This document shows, one piece after another, positions 26,911 through 41,650 of a DNA stretch of 64,000 bases (position 1 is the stretch's first letter; each line of letters opens with the position of its first letter). The DNA is taken from NCBI RefSeq assembly GCF_006345805.1, contig NC_042997.1:21328001-21392000 (forward strand). Reading direction: 5' to 3'. The translations under genes were made by a program, and so were the position numbers. This DNA comes from Octopus sinensis (taxonomy: Eukaryota). The notes under the pieces were generated by a model. It was not told where the DNA came from and searched no databases. It saw nothing but the letters and a program-made list of their open reading frames with translations.

Positions 26911-29369
26911 AAAAAACCTACACAAATAACATAAGTACGGTTATGAGACAAAGAGAAAAAGTATATGAATTTAGACAAGAGAACTACGTGACTGGAAGAA
27001 GTGTAGTTATACAAAATGTGGATGGCACAAAAGTGTAGTAATGCAAATGGTGAATAAAGTAATCACTCATAATATGAAAATAATAGAAGTCAAAGATTCC
27101 TGTCAAGACCCCTGTAAAATGCCAGCATTTGGGCTCTAGCAGTGGAAATCAATTGCTTGACATAGGTTAAAGATTAAGGTAGACAAAATATCTGTAACAA
27201 ATCATAGCTAATGGGAGGATGAAATACACCTAGGGTTCTTCCTGGCAACTGCTGGGAGAATTTTTGTCTCCCTTGGATATTTATAGCCTTTTAGCACAAT
27301 GCGTCCATGATGGTGCTAACACGGGATGAATACCGCAGTGACAGGCCTATAGACAACGTGTATACATTTATTATGTTACATAGATGACCATTTTAATTTA
27401 ATACTGCCTCAATTGCGTGTACTGGATTTTATTCAGTCGAATACTTATTCATAACATCAGTGAATATTCTGTTTACTTTTTTCTCCTCAGAAATGATAAA
27501 TTCTTGTTCGAGTATGATGTTGATTGCGATTTCTTGCCATTGAAAAAGCCCAAATAGGCCGAAATGGATCTAAAGTTCTCTTGGCCACTGCTGGGATAAA
27601 TATTCGTCTCCCTCTGATATCAATTAAGTTTTAGCACAGCGCATATCTCGGGGCGAATACTGCAGTAACTAGGCTATTGGCAGTGTATATATATACAGAG
27701 ATGTCTATAGAAATGAGAGTATTTATAAAAGGTGGACTTCTACTGTTCTTACTGGTTGTTTATTAAATTATAAAGATGATAAATCCATTTTGTTTCTCTT
27801 ATTCCTTTATTAAATCATGTTTATTTTCCTAAAACTATTTTTAAATTAAGAGACTTTTCTAGGCTATACAATAAACAAATTTCATATAATCTTCATCCGA
27901 AATAATAAATATTTTTACACAGCCTTAATTTCTTGCAATGCTGGAACAATTAAACTTCAACTATTAGCTTCCTTTCCGTGAAATATAAATGTCTAAACGT
28001 AGAGCTTGTATGGTTGTAAAATACAGATCAATGCGACATCACAAAATGATTAAGTAGCCGCTTTAAGTGGCCAACGTTGATATTTGTTAGGTTGTACATA
28101 ATACATTGTAATAAACGAACCATCTTATATGGAAAATTTGTTTTGCAAATATCGCATAGCCATCCCACTTCACCTTTACGTGAATTTGTTTCCTATTTGC
28201 TGCTATTTATTTATTCATTTATTTTATTTACTTTTTTTGCAATAACTTTATTAGATTCCTACTTGCGTTGTCCGGAAGTTATGAATGGTGCTAATTCTGT
28301 CTTCAAGGGTTACTTCCAAGTTAACTTTTATAAATCTAATAACCTCACTTTTCCATTATTGTGATATATACAACAATCGACAACTTTAGCTCAATTTATG
28401 ATAGTAGATTCACATATTACTTTCACAAAATCAGTTGATGAATACCGTTCACTTAGGCATAAATTGAGAATTCCGCCGCATAAAATTCCCAATATTGTTA
28501 GCTCACTTTAAATTTTATTAATAGTGAGCTTCGTAAACACTTATGTTATGTGTATATACTTCAACATGTATAATTGAACTAAGTGTATATAAGGTTGTTC
28601 TTTCAGTTAGTGATAATGTCGGTTGATTTATGTATCTTCATATTTAGTTTTCTATTTGAAAAATGTCTCTTGTTAATTTGTTCCGAGTAACGTCAAAATA
28701 AAAAGTCTCGTTTTATGAAAAGACATAAACTTTGTTCGTTTAAAGATTGTGTTTTCTGTTTATACAATGATACAGAGACACTAAGTAATAACTTACATTC
28801 TTCCCGAAAGGCATAAAGGTAATGGTGCCATTCTCAGTCAGTCATAAACTAAGCATTAACTATCATTAAAAATAAGTCATGAACAATTTTCAGACGTTTA
28901 CTCATTTGTACAGCTTTTTTTTTTTTTCCTCGTGTCATTCTGTGCTTGCTAGCGCTATTATTTAGCGATTGAAATCTTTGCAACATCCCGCAGATCTGTT
29001 TGTAGTTCTTCCTTCTAAGTACAAAAAGGAGTATAAAGAAGTATAGTAGACCTTTCCTTCCTTGACCTTCTTTATGTAAGTTGTTTATCATCTGTTTTTA
29101 TGTTTAAAACGATTACAAGACTGCAGCCAACTAAACACAAATTTTAATTGTACCAGCTCAAATAATAGTAATTTACAATGTTTGCTATTGCAACCATTTA
29201 CGATAACTTAATGTTTTTGAGAACGCTGCGTGCGAATTAATAATTTTCAGGACGAAATCTCAAAGATAGTAATTTTAACCGTCGTTTCTAAATCGTATTC
29301 AATCCTCACTAATGTATTATTTTGTGAATTTTTAGTGCAAATATCATTTACACTTAGAGATATTTCATC

Positions 29370-29760
29370 CATCTTTAAAACGTTCTGAGTTCATATTCCG
29401 ACAAGGTCGACATTTCCTTTCATCATTTTGTGGCCAATAAAATAAGTACCATTTGAGCACTGGGGTCGATGTAATCGACTTAACCCCCTCCCTCGAATTT
29501 GCTGACCTTCTGCCAAAATTTGAAACTAATACTTTTATTTTCATTAAAGCGTCAAGCTAACAGTATCGTTACCGCGCCGGGGAAAATGCTTAGAAGCATT
29601 TCTTCCGACTTTACATTCTGGATTCAAATGCCACCGGAATCGACTTTGCTTTTCATCATTTTGGCGTCGATAAACTAATACCAGGTGAATTCTGGCATCT
29701 ATGTAATCGAATTATTCCTTCCCCCGAATTTGATGGCCTACTGCCAAAATTTAAAATCAG
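29370..29760 (+). mobile_element. Two tandem decayed Nin-like SINE copies
   Basis: B-box, ctttcatcatttt, gatgtaatcga and ccaaaattt sequence occurs twice (about 29370-29530 and 29555-29760). Confidence 0.65.
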
Positions 29761-32184
29761 TAATTTTATTTTCATTCCACATAACAAATGTGTAGATTCT
29801 TGTCCTGAATTCATAGGAATTACGTCAGCGAAAGAAGAAAATACAGTTATATGAGTATATTTAGGTTCTACTCAATACCAATTATTAATTTTAATTATTA
29901 ATTTTTATGAGACTTCTTTGAAGATAAAAGGAAACAAAATAAATTCTAAATTCTCGGGAAGCCGATACAACAAACTAGTAAATTCATGAGCATTTATTAT
30001 TTACTTTCAATGACTAGATTATGGATTCAAATCTTGCATCAACGATGGCTTTCAATTCACTTGGCTCAGTAAAATTCAAATCAAAAATATCTTGGATAAG
30101 GTATTTCTTAGTTCGGTGTGCTGTGGCCAGAATAAACGGTCATTATCAGTTGATGGTGCTTAATAGAAGATGGTGTTTATACATATGTTTAAATATTACA
30201 ATAAGTAAACCTAATGAAATCGGTGAATCCCGACGAAGGCTTCGTCGTTCAAGATTAAGAGAATTGCACACAAAAGATGTCGGGTGTTCTCCGATAAGCT
30301 TTCAAACTATGGTGACAGAAAAGTTCGGTGTGCTTGTCCCTCGAGTCACTTCTCATTTCTGCAGATTGACATCCGTAAAAACAAGCTTCACGAAGTGATT
30401 TAGTACTTCCGCTGTATCTCTTTCAACACCCATCATTTCGTCTGCCGCGACTAAAAACCATTTAAACAAGACTGTGTATTATACTTCCCAGGTGGTTAAA
30501 CTTCTTTCAAATCAGTAAATGTCAGATAATTCTAGATGTATATTTTTGCCACCATTGTTAATACCAGGAAATATTTCATACGTATACAATAATTTATTGT
30601 AACTGTTATTAAATTCATTGGTGCTTATATAGAATTATGAAATGACAATAATTTTCGAATGAAAAATAAAAATTTCTTTAGAATGGAATTTAAAAAGCAA
30701 AACAAATTTCTCGTAAATTTACAATAAATAGATATAATTAATCTTCTAAATTATATCAACATAACCACTGCTCCATCGAAAACCTATCTCAACAAAATTT
30801 TAATTCCTCCAATAACTATCATTTACTCCCACTCTTTCTCCTCCTTCTTCTCTCTTATCTCTTTTTTCTCTCTCATTGTGTATTCGACCAGTGTTGCTTT
30901 ACTAATTGCCTGGCACCATGCTTAGTATATGCACATATCTTACACTTATATTAACTCTATGTATCTTTCCTTTCTATTTTCAGTCCGCCTTTATATGATG
31001 TAAAACATGACAGGAGAATTGACCAACCTACCAACCAACTAAAAGTTATATCTGCTCTTATTAGATATATTTTATGAATCAACAATCAATCACTAAATTG
31101 TTAATATGCAGTTAGTATGTGGTAACAAAATCTAAATTACTGTTCATATCATAGACTAAGAGCACTTCCTCTTGCACTACACTTCTGAAAACGATGACCA
31201 GTGTTTTATAATTTTTATGAACAATTACAAAACATTAAATTCTTTCATAGATGTTATAGTCAGCGTTTACTACATTATTTTTGGTTGTGCCTACTTAAAC
31301 TGTTCTTTCAGCTGAAGAAATATAATTCTGACGAAATTAAAATTCTATCACTATTTCAGAAACTGGCAGTATCTTACTTTTCCTTTTAACACCCAATTTG
31401 ATTTCTTCCATTAATTTCTCTCAACATTTAACAGTTTCCGTTTTTTCTCTTGTAAGTACAGATCTATCACAAAATATTCGATCATCAAGTTGACAGTTAG
31501 TAAAATATACGCTCTACTGGATTCTTCAGTTAGTTTCAAAAATAGCCTAATATTTTGGATATGAAGATACTTTGAAGCTGTTATGGAACTTCACTGTTGC
31601 TTTTCTTTGACTTCAATTACTCTATTTTCCGATTCATCCACATCTTGCTGTCAGTGCACACTGATTCACAAGAACTAGTTCTTTCCATTTAAAATTATAT
31701 TGTTTTTTTTTACCATTTTTGTGATCATATGCCAGATTATTTTTTCCGACATTCAACAAAAATATGATTGTTACTAAAAGTATGTTCAAATGACCAACTT
31801 ATAATTGCCTGCAGTTAATATAACTGCCAAACCCAAACCATTTACTACTTCAAGTCAAGTGTTAGCTTAAACATTTTACTTACTTTTTACATAAATGATT
31901 TCTTTATAGCTTCTTTTTCATACATTAATTTGGGTTCAACTTAATCTCTCTTGATTTGATTTGAATTTTGTGTGTGTGTGTGCTTTTATAGTTTCATAGT
32001 TCAAGTCTAACTTTTTAGTTGTCAGCTTCTATAGTTTTAATAAGATAATTCTCAATAAAAAAGAAACTATAATTTTTTATGAGAATTCTAATCTCCTAAT
32101 AAATCTAAACGTAATTTCAGGAAGATTTATGATAATCGCATTGCTACCAATCAATATTTCGTCTCTAGCTTCTCTGCAATTCTG

Positions 32185-32243
<59 letters not shown>

Positions 32244-33859
32244 AACGATTGTTTAATGATCGGTGCACATAACTGCATTAACTTCTGTATCGGGCAATAA
32301 TTTATCATACTGGTCGCGAAAAGGTAGAAATTTGATTGAATTTGAACTAGAATATAGAAGGAACCAGATACTGAACTAACTTTAATCAGACTATTTGTTC
32401 TGCTAATTAAACTGTGACTAATTAGCGAATTAACGAGGGAGCCTCGGTGTGGTCACTCGACTTACTGAAATGTCAAGAAAAATCTCCCTCGTACCCCGGC
32501 CTACTATAATAGAAATAATGAACATGTTGTATAATGGGAAGCTATGCCTGGAGTGTTTTTTGTCGCTTGTATGCTAAATTAGATCGGTGGCACCATCGGA
32601 AAATTATTTTCACTGTAACTTCAAGTTGACCAATACTTTGTAAGTGGAATTTTATATATGTATGTGTTTATGTAAGTATATATGTGTGTATCTGTGTGTA
32701 TCTGCGACCATATTTCCGTTTACATTGTGCTCATTTATGGTCAGAAGTTTAGCAGTAACACAAATAACCAGCAGTGAAATATTACCAGACTAATACAGGA
32801 CGACATGACAAAATTTTAAAACAATGTGCATTTAAGCATTTTAACTCCATCTGGTATGAGTTCAGAAGTACTACGTCTTATACTCATTTATTGTACGTGA
32901 ATAACGGATGCTGTTGCAAAACATAAGATGGGTTGGAACAACTGAAACAAAGTGCAAAGAAAACATTAATATAAAACTCATTGATTCTCTGTAAATACTG
33001 CCTAATATAGTGGAATGTAACAGCAGTTGTCTTAATTCTTTAAGCAGGAAACTAATAAATTCTAAATACGATGCAGCAAATCACTCTAAACTGATATGTT
33101 TATATTCGACACTGTTTTGGTGCAGACAAATTTAGGTTTTATCTTATTTCAATATTTATTTCTAATATATCATTGCAAGAAAGAAGTGTTTGTTTACTAT
33201 AACTAATATGTGTTTATAATTTATTGAAGTAATAATTAATTCACCTTCCCTTAAGGTGCATTTTATGTGGGTTCTTTATTGATTTATTGATTAATTAGAA
33301 AATATAAGAAAGTTATTAATGCACACAAAGCTACTTGGATGACAAATGAGCTCAGAAGTGTTTATGTAAATGGTGGGAAATTTTAAATACCTTTACTAAT
33401 TCTAAAATATATAGCACTTAAGTCTAGTTTTAATTCACTATACCACTATACCACAGAAAATAGAGTGTATGCAGTTATAGCAATGCTCATAAAAACATAG
33501 CCGGTATAACAACGTACCATGAGTGAAATAAGAAGACAGACGTATCCATAAATGCATATTTTTGTTTATCATCTCGAAATAGTGTTTATTTTACTGAAAT
33601 ATATCTACTTATAATACTTATATTCTAACTAGGAAATATTTTGTCTCACAGACGTGAATCCTTAGTGTGGTGTTTTACAAGTCAACGCGGATGCCTCACC
33701 TCAGTCGCTTGACTTTCTAGGAATGGTAACCAAATCCCTATTATATTAGGCGCTACAATCTTAAACAAGGTGTTTGAAAAAGTGATAGGAGAAAGGTCTG
33801 GGGTAATAAGCTGGGTGAGGAAAAACTTTAAAGCCAAGTTCTCTTAACTCCTGGGGTGC

Positions 33860-34790
33860 CATTAGTGAAACATGTGATCGAGCATTGTCATGAAAAATGA
33901 TTGGCCCTCATCTGTTGACCAGTCTGGGACGAAGAAGTAGCAGTTTTTCGTTTATTTTTGTCAATTTCATGGCAATATGTTTCTGCAGCAATGATTTTTC
34001 CGGGTTTAAGAAGTTACAGTTGATGAGTCCAGCAGTACACAACCAAACAGTCACCATAACCTTCTTTATGAGGAGCTCGGGTTTGGGGAAGGTTTTTAGG
34101 TGCTTCATGTTGGTCCAACCACTGCGAAAGACGTTTTTTATTATTGTACAGAATCCACTTTTCACTGCAAGTTACAATACAGTCGAGAAATAAATCGATC
34201 TGGTTACGGAGAAGAAGCGACGAGCAAATTTCATGTCTATGCATTTTCTGATTTTCATTCAAATCGTGTGGTACCCTTTGTTGAGCGCTTTTGATTTTCC
34301 GATTGCATGCAAATGGTTGCAGGCGGTTTTCTGGCTAACTTGAAGTTCTTTTGCCACTTATCAAGTAGTTTTACGTGGATCTTTCTCAATGACGGTCTTT
34401 AATTGACCGTCATCGATGACAGATGGGTATCCACTACGCTCACGATCTTCATGTCTCAGGTCTTCACTGCGAAATTGTTTAAACCCTTTTCAGCTGACTA
34501 CTCACTGGCTATTTCCTCACCAAACGTTTCGTTGATATCACGAGCAATTTCAGTTGCTTTACGTCCATTTTTTTTTTTGAGGTTTTTGAAGTTGGATAGC
34601 AAAATTGCCCGAATATCGCGCTTTGACAGTTCCATTTCATACGATTGTAACAATGATGAAAAATATATCAATGTTAATTTATTGATGCATTTGTGCAAGA
34701 CTATGTCTGCATTATCAGACAATTTCAAAAAGTGTTTAAATAAAATTCAAAACTGCAAAAATCCCGTACAAGTACTTCATGGTTCAAAAC
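33860..34790 (-). mobile_element. Decayed mariner (SETMAR-like) transposon
   Basis: Frameshifted pieces: MELSKRDIRAILL...ATEIARDINETFGE, IVTCSEKWILYNN (cf. TGDEKWI), KKVMVTVW, PIIFHDNARSH; 3' part missing. Confidence 0.9.
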
Positions 34791-35019
34791 GTTGCTTACT
34801 TTTACTCAACCAGATATATATATTTGATGGATTCTCTTGAAGTGAACGACAAATGAGAGTTCAGTAAAATAAAGCATTGATCATGTCCAATGGATACGAA
34901 TGTGTCTCTTGAGGCCTGCTGGTGCCTTGCAAACGTTTTGGCAAATTGAACAAGTTGAGGACTCAGTTTGCTTGAATGGATTATTTACTATATGATTATT
35001 GTGGATTATTTACTGTGTT

Positions 35020-35457
35020 TTCTTGAGTGGACGGCTGGACTGTTTTGCTTCGTTCCTCAAAACCACAATGACAAGTAAGTTTTCCATTTAGCCAGCGTAT
35101 CCTTATGCTCATACAAAGTTGGTCCCGGTGTTGGAGTCGATTTTGCTCTAATTTTTGAACCGAGAAGAAGCAGGGCTGGCGCCAGGTCCTACGTTATGAT
35201 GCTTTATTTTCCCAGGAAGAAAAGAGAATGTTGCATCACTTCAGATTTTCTTTTAGTTTGCCTTCCAAGCGAAAGAGTGGCCTTCCAACTGACCTCCCTC
35301 TTGGGAATTGGCCAAAGAGTAGCGGCTTCGGAATTCTGATATCACTCATACGTGAGAGATTATCTGAACATCTAACCTGTACTTTGATGAGAATAGCTTC
35401 AATACCTGATATGTTTCATTTTGTAAGTACCTCACTGTTATGAATATGGGCACTCGG

Positions 35458-35458
<1 letters not shown>
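35020..35458 (-). mobile_element. RTE/BovB-like LINE 3' fragment
   Basis: NSEVL..ISGIEAILIKVQVR...RMSDIRIPKPLLFGQ..RGRSVGRP...RRTWR; the 5' truncation abuts a (TA)n tract. Confidence 0.75.
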
Positions 35459-35517
<59 letters not shown>

Positions 35518-36289
35518 GATAACTTTTCACTATTTTCACTAGTGACCGAGGAAGGACATCATTGACCGTTAACCACGTAACGTCAGCAATTCCTGTGCAT
35601 AAGTTTATTGCTCCCACGTACGGTTTCACACAGGCTTGCATCTGCGGCCTCTATGCTCGCCGTAACATACTCATCGCCTCGCTGGCGATAAAAGAATCTA
35701 AAATTAGAGATCCAATAAGACTGGCACAATACTGATATGATCCAGAGAAAAGCGAACGCATAATATTTAGTGCCAATATGGGTCGTAGGATTTGGAATGA
35801 GGAAGCACAATGATCTCGAGCACAAGCAAAGATTCCAAAAATATCCAATGTCATGCCTGGTTTTAGCACTGACCTCAGGAATTCCAGGTTGATATCCGGT
35901 GTGCTAGATGATCACTGGGAATGAGACGCCCTTCAGCTTTTGTGGAAGCATGTCTATAGAAGGTCTGTTTAAGACAAATAGATTATACGTACTTACATAC
36001 ATACATACATACATACAGACACACAGACAGACAGACAGACATATATTGAGAGTTTAGATGTAACAAACATGCAGTCGTAGCATTAGTTCTCTCCTGTTAT
36101 CAAACTATATATTTTCAACCTTAGTCAACACGGAGTTTCTTCTTCAGAATATAACCAAGAAATTATAATGCGTATGAATAATGTGTGCATGTTGTACATG
36201 TTGTGCTGCTGTGTGCATATAGATAGATATATAGAGATATAATCATATATATATAACAAGTATGTACATACATGTATCTATGTAAACGC

Positions 36290-36361
<72 letters not shown>

Positions 36362-37734
36362 ATATATATATGTATCTATGTATGTATGTATGTATGTATG
36401 TATGTATGTATGTATATATATATATATATGTATATATATATTATATATATATATGAATAATAAGGGCTTTAAGAAGCCTAACTGTGAATTAAAAGATTTA
36501 AATTACCGCATACACGTTTAAATACTTCACACACATATATTTGGGAGTGTGTGGTACATTTTCGCGCGCACATACGCCTCCGGCATTATCGTAATGAATT
36601 AATAAATTACACAATGCATCATAGTCAATCTTTTTAATTCTACATGAAATAATGTTAAAAAACTGCCAAGATCCAAGACCGAATCCATCATTAATTTTTC
36701 AATAACAAACAAAGGATAATAATGAGATTTCTCTCCATTAGACAATGAACTTAATGATCTCATCTTTTAAGAGACAGCAGTTAGGTTTGAAAGACTTAAC
36801 ATTTACCTCGGCATCATGCATGACCAGCATCAGTAATGAAAAACTGAACAGCTATGTCACATACAATGTCACATGCTTCAAACATCTTTGATATTTAAAA
36901 GTACACAGATATGAAAAACTGTGCGACTCGTTGAAAACTATGCTACAAAAACATTTCTAACAAGAATAAGCGGGTAGCGGAAATTTAAGGCAAAGGTTTA
37001 TTACTCTATATCCTACATTTTCAGCGCAGAATGCTATGGAGCAACGGACTAGTCTCAGAAAAAAACCCTATGCTGACGTTGTGATTCCAATCCAGAATGT
37101 GAAAATATGAACAATAAGTGTGATAAATATATCAATCCTTTGCCCATTATTAATGTTTGGTGAAAGGGAACGGAATCTTTAGGTGGTCAACACACTTGTG
37201 AAGGATCTTCTCTCGCTACGTAAGAGGAAATAAAAGCCAGTGAATTTTTAGAGGAAAAAATCTGATGCCGTGGTTGATAAGAAAGTCAGCAACGCTAGAC
37301 TTAGTAGGATTCGTTGGGGTCTTCCTGAGGCCTTCTAAAAAGAGTAAAATTTGCAGTTCTGTATGTTTTGAGTTAAAATAATACCGAATTTTATACTGAG
37401 TAATGGGGGAACTTCTCTCTCGTTCTTTCATTCTGTCTCTTTCCACTTTCCTTCTCTCTTTCTCTTTTTCTATCTGTCGCCTCTCTCTCCCTCACTCTTG
37501 AATAAATCGGGTGTGGTCAGACTTGCAGAGGGATGGTTTTTAGCAGGAATAAAGTTGTCCAAGACATGCCACACACTATGAATACACTCCTACGTTTCCA
37601 TTGTCAAGGTGAGGGTTCAAAGTGAGGCATATATATATATATATGTATAGCGTATGGAAGGACAACCTAACAGTAAGGTATATATTTATATACATTCATA
37701 TATGTGCGCGCGCGCGTGTGTGTGTGTTCATATC

Positions 37735-37930
37735 TGTGTTTGTCCCTTACTACCGCTTGACAATACGTGTTGGTGATTATACCCCGTAACATAACGGTTC
37801 GGCAAAAGAAACCGTTACAATAAGTACTAGGCTTGAAAAATAAGTCTTGATGTTGATTTGTTCAACTAAAATCTTTGACGACAGTGTCCCAGTATGGCCG
37901 TAGTCAAATAACTGAAACAAGTAACGGTAA
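37735..37930 (+). mobile_element. SINE, diverged 3' half
   Basis: ccgcttgacaatacg...ataagtactaggctt...ccagtatggccgtagtcaaataactgaaacaag. Confidence 0.75.
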
Positions 37931-37983
37931 ATGACAAAATATATATATATAAATATGTATGTGTATTCTTCATATATATATAT

Positions 37984-38322
37984 AGGCGAAGGGGTGGCTG
38001 TGTGGTAAGTAGCTTGCTTACCAACCACATGGTTGTGGGTTCAGTCCCACTACGTGGCACCTTGGGCAAGTGTCTTCTACTATATCCTCGGGCCGACCAA
38101 AGCCTTGTGAGTGGATGTGGTAGATGGAAACTGAAAGAAGCCCGTCATATATATGTATACATATGTGTGTGTGTTTGTGTGTCTGTGTTTGGCAACATCG
38201 CTTGGTAACTGATGCTGGCGTGTTTACGTCCCCGTCACTTAGCAGTTCGGCAAAAAGAGACCGATAGAATAAGTACTAGGCTTGCAAAGAATAAGTCCTG
38301 GGGTCGATTTGCTCGACTAAAG
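37984..38322 (+). mobile_element. SINE, near-complete and 3'-truncated
   Basis: tRNA-like head (ggctgtgtggtaag, gggttcagtccc), CORE-like ccttgggcaagt, internal TA/TG tract; matches 46849-47245. Confidence 0.9.
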
Positions 38323-40741
38323 TCGGTTTAATATATATTTCAGTTTAACACTATGCCCAAGTCCTTAAGAATGTTTATCGGTGTACACATTGTTGTAAAT
38401 TAGAACAAACACATAAAACAGCGAGGGTCAATATAAATACGTTTACATTTCTTCTTAACATGCTCATGCAGACTAAAACATTAAGTGATTCGGTGAAACA
38501 TTTTTCTGTGGACTTTTTACGTAAAAACATATTGATCTGAGCACCAAGTGACGTTAGAAGTTTTCCCGACTTAGTATTTCGGCATGGGTTCGCCTCTTCA
38601 GTTGAGAGAACTGCCTTGCTCATCTGGAACTTAGCCAGAACGTAGAGCTCTACTCGGTGTGTTATACACACGAAGTCCATAACGAGATTTTCTCCCAGAC
38701 AAAATCCTGCAGCGAATACCTTTCACGTTATTATGTGTAGGAGTATGTTAAAGCAAATGTACCTATCTAAACTTTTTAAAGTATTTGTACAGCTTCTCTG
38801 TCTCAACATAATTTCCTTCATTTCACACAACGGTCTCAAAGGTGTTCAATACAGTCGTTGGTTAGTAAATCCCTATCTGAACAAGTTGTATTATTAAATA
38901 ACCGGTTTTGTGTGGGGTGAATTATGTTTATAGCCCTTTAAATGTCACTGTAGAGCAATAAATATTTTCGTAGCCAAATAAGCTTAAGAGAGTTAAATGA
39001 CATCAACCGAGACGAATTTCTACGTTTGTAACAAAATGCAAATTTATAATTCATATGTCATTTTCCTAATAGAAACACGGGTAATAATGCTAAGGAACTG
39101 AGGCATGTAGAGCTTAGTGTCCTTCCTGAAAACACAACAAAATGTTCGCAACCCAAATTAACTCATGACTCATGAGTTAGAGAGCCGATCAATTATCTTC
39201 TCTTTCACTTCACCTTTATATGAATACAAATGCTGGCACTTATTTCACTCGACCATAGCACCTCTTGTATTGTTCATACTCTTCTCACTTCGAAAATACA
39301 CCTAAAGGATATTAAATTTAGTGGCAGTAGAATATACAGTGAAAAGAATATCGGATTTCTTTTGTATACGAAGTAATTTCATTCTCTGTATAATTTTATC
39401 CCAATGTTATATTATAACCCGTGCTACAATAGATAAAATGTATCAATACAAGTTAATCTGTATTCCATCTAGAAATTATGAATTCAAGCTATTAAATAAA
39501 TGTACTTTTAATTCTTCTTGATATACATAGCAGTTCCAATGAAATATAGAGTCTCTTGAATATAGACAAACATATTCCTCTTCCACTACCATGTCGACTT
39601 AATAATTATTTTTATAATGAGCTGAATGGAACACGACGCCTCATATCTACATATGCATATGTGTACACACGTACGTTTATGTGTATACATAAACACATAC
39701 ATATATTGTTGTCATAAGTAGTAGTAGCATTATGAACATTAACTTATAGTCGAGTAGGAAGAGAAACGAATTAGCATGAGAAGAGACACTGTTCCAAAAG
39801 TATGAAATTATCAGTAACCATTCAGCAATCTATTGGATGTTTTCAGTCAGCCGAGATTAATATTATATGAAATACGATTCATAATAATATGTAATGAAGT
39901 TTTATTGAATTGCTGAATAAAGGATAAATCATATGACAACATTTAAGAGTAGAAGATACACGAGGAGGTATCAATTTAAACCCTATATCGGCTGGATTAT
40001 AATTATGTGAAATAGACTTCTAGTGAACTATAATTATCCCTTGCATCAAAACTAAACCTGAAATATTACTCAGTGCTGTGGGAATAAATTCAGAAATTTG
40101 GGGTGCGAGTATCCTTTATGAATAAGAAAGAATTTCTTTGCTTTGAAGAGAACCTTTAACTAGTAAGTTTCTGAATATCTCCTTACCGTTTGTTCATCAG
40201 TACTAAATATAACGACTAAGGAATTAATATTAGTACATCCTCTTTCGCTGTAGAGTGTTACGAGAAACGATAAAACTCCTTAGAAGATTGACACAAATCT
40301 TTCATTTCTAGAAAAGGCATAACAAGAAGCGATGCAATATATATATGGTATAACTGTATAAATAAATAAACGTTAAATGTATAGTTGCTGTTACACCGTG
40401 TTAAAGTTTATGTGATCTGATTTCTTATCTCTCAGTTTACAATTAGTACCTCTTCTCGCTAAAAAACTAATTGCAAGAGACACAATTTTGCCCATTGCAT
40501 TCCAACTTCAGTACTCATGTTATGTGGAGATTTGTGAACGATGATTTTTTTCCCGTAGCCCCACCAACACATTCTAGAGCAATGTCCAGCAAATTGAGCA
40601 CTTCCTCCTTTATTAGTGTCTTACTTAGGGAGCATATCGTATAATTTGTCTAAATAGGATGTTCTTTCTAGAACATATACAAAATGGCATGAAACATGTG
40701 TATGCAAATAACATTCAGCATAGTTTCAAAAATTTCTATTA

Positions 40742-41650
40742 GTACGTGGGGATGTGAAAAATTCCTGGCTTTGGGTAAAAGTAAATACAGAAAAATCTGT
40801 AAATTATGATTTTATTCAACATATTCCCCTCTCAGATTCACACATTTATTGCAGCAGTCCTTCGGTTTTTGTAAGCCCTGTAAAAAGAACTCGGTAGGTT
40901 GGGTATCCAAACGTGCCTCCCCACAGTGATGACTTCCGAATCGGAGTGAAATTTCGTTCCCTTGAGATGTTTCTTCAGTTGTAGAGAGGTGATAATCGAA
41001 AGGAGCCAAGTTAGAAAAGTAAGGCGGGTGTTCTACCTATTCGAGGCTCAAACCGAGTATTTTCTGTAGAGTTTTATATGCTGCCGTATGTGTTGGTGCA
41101 TTGTCCGGCAAAACAGGACACCACAGCTCAGCTTTCAACGGCGTTTCTGCTTCAAAGTATTCTGCGTTGAAGGTTCACCGTTTTGGCAGGCATTTCCTGA
41201 GGAGTACTCCGTCTTTGTTCCGTAACACTGAAGTCGAAATATTTCCCGTTGACTTCTAGGTCGGAAGATTCTTGGGACACGGTGAAATGCTGGGGCGCCT
41301 CTCCATTGATTGCTGCTTGATCTGGGCATCATAATGATGAAGCTAAGCTTCATACATGGTGACAAAACGAGCCATAAAATTAGCCTCTTCCGCGGCAAAC
41401 AGGTCCAAAATCACATTTTGTGTACTCACTCTGACATGCTTCTGATCTTCTTTCAGGCATTTCGGCACCCATTTTACAGAAAGCTTTCCCATGTCTAGAA
41501 TGTTGTGGATGATGTGGCCAACTCTTTCATGGGAGATCCCCAGTGGCTCAGCTATGACGGCGGTCCTCGAGAATCATGACGTGCATAGTGTCGGTTTTTA
41601 CCTCTGTGGTCGTGGAAGCTGGCCGTCCTAACCGAGATTCGTGTGATCTC
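40742..41650 (-). mobile_element. Decayed mariner transposon (second family)
   Basis: LGISHERVGHIIHNILDMGKLSVKWVP, LHHYD, DNAPTH, HPPYFSNLAPFDYHL, EFFLQGLQK...CVNLRGEYVE; TIR-like end near 40742. Confidence 0.88.

Noticed and set aside
27491-27557. Terminal exon NDKFLFEYDVDCDFLPLKKPK*
   Set aside because: Strong acceptor, but only 21 codons and no linkable upstream exon.
30205-30250. Hammerhead-like ctaatga-atcgg...ccga-cgaag
   Set aside because: Two invariant core positions are wrong (CUAAUGA, GAAG) and there is no stem I.
35515-35990. Continuation of the RTE element or a separate coding relic
   Set aside because: Protein-like in places but with several stops and no motif I can name.
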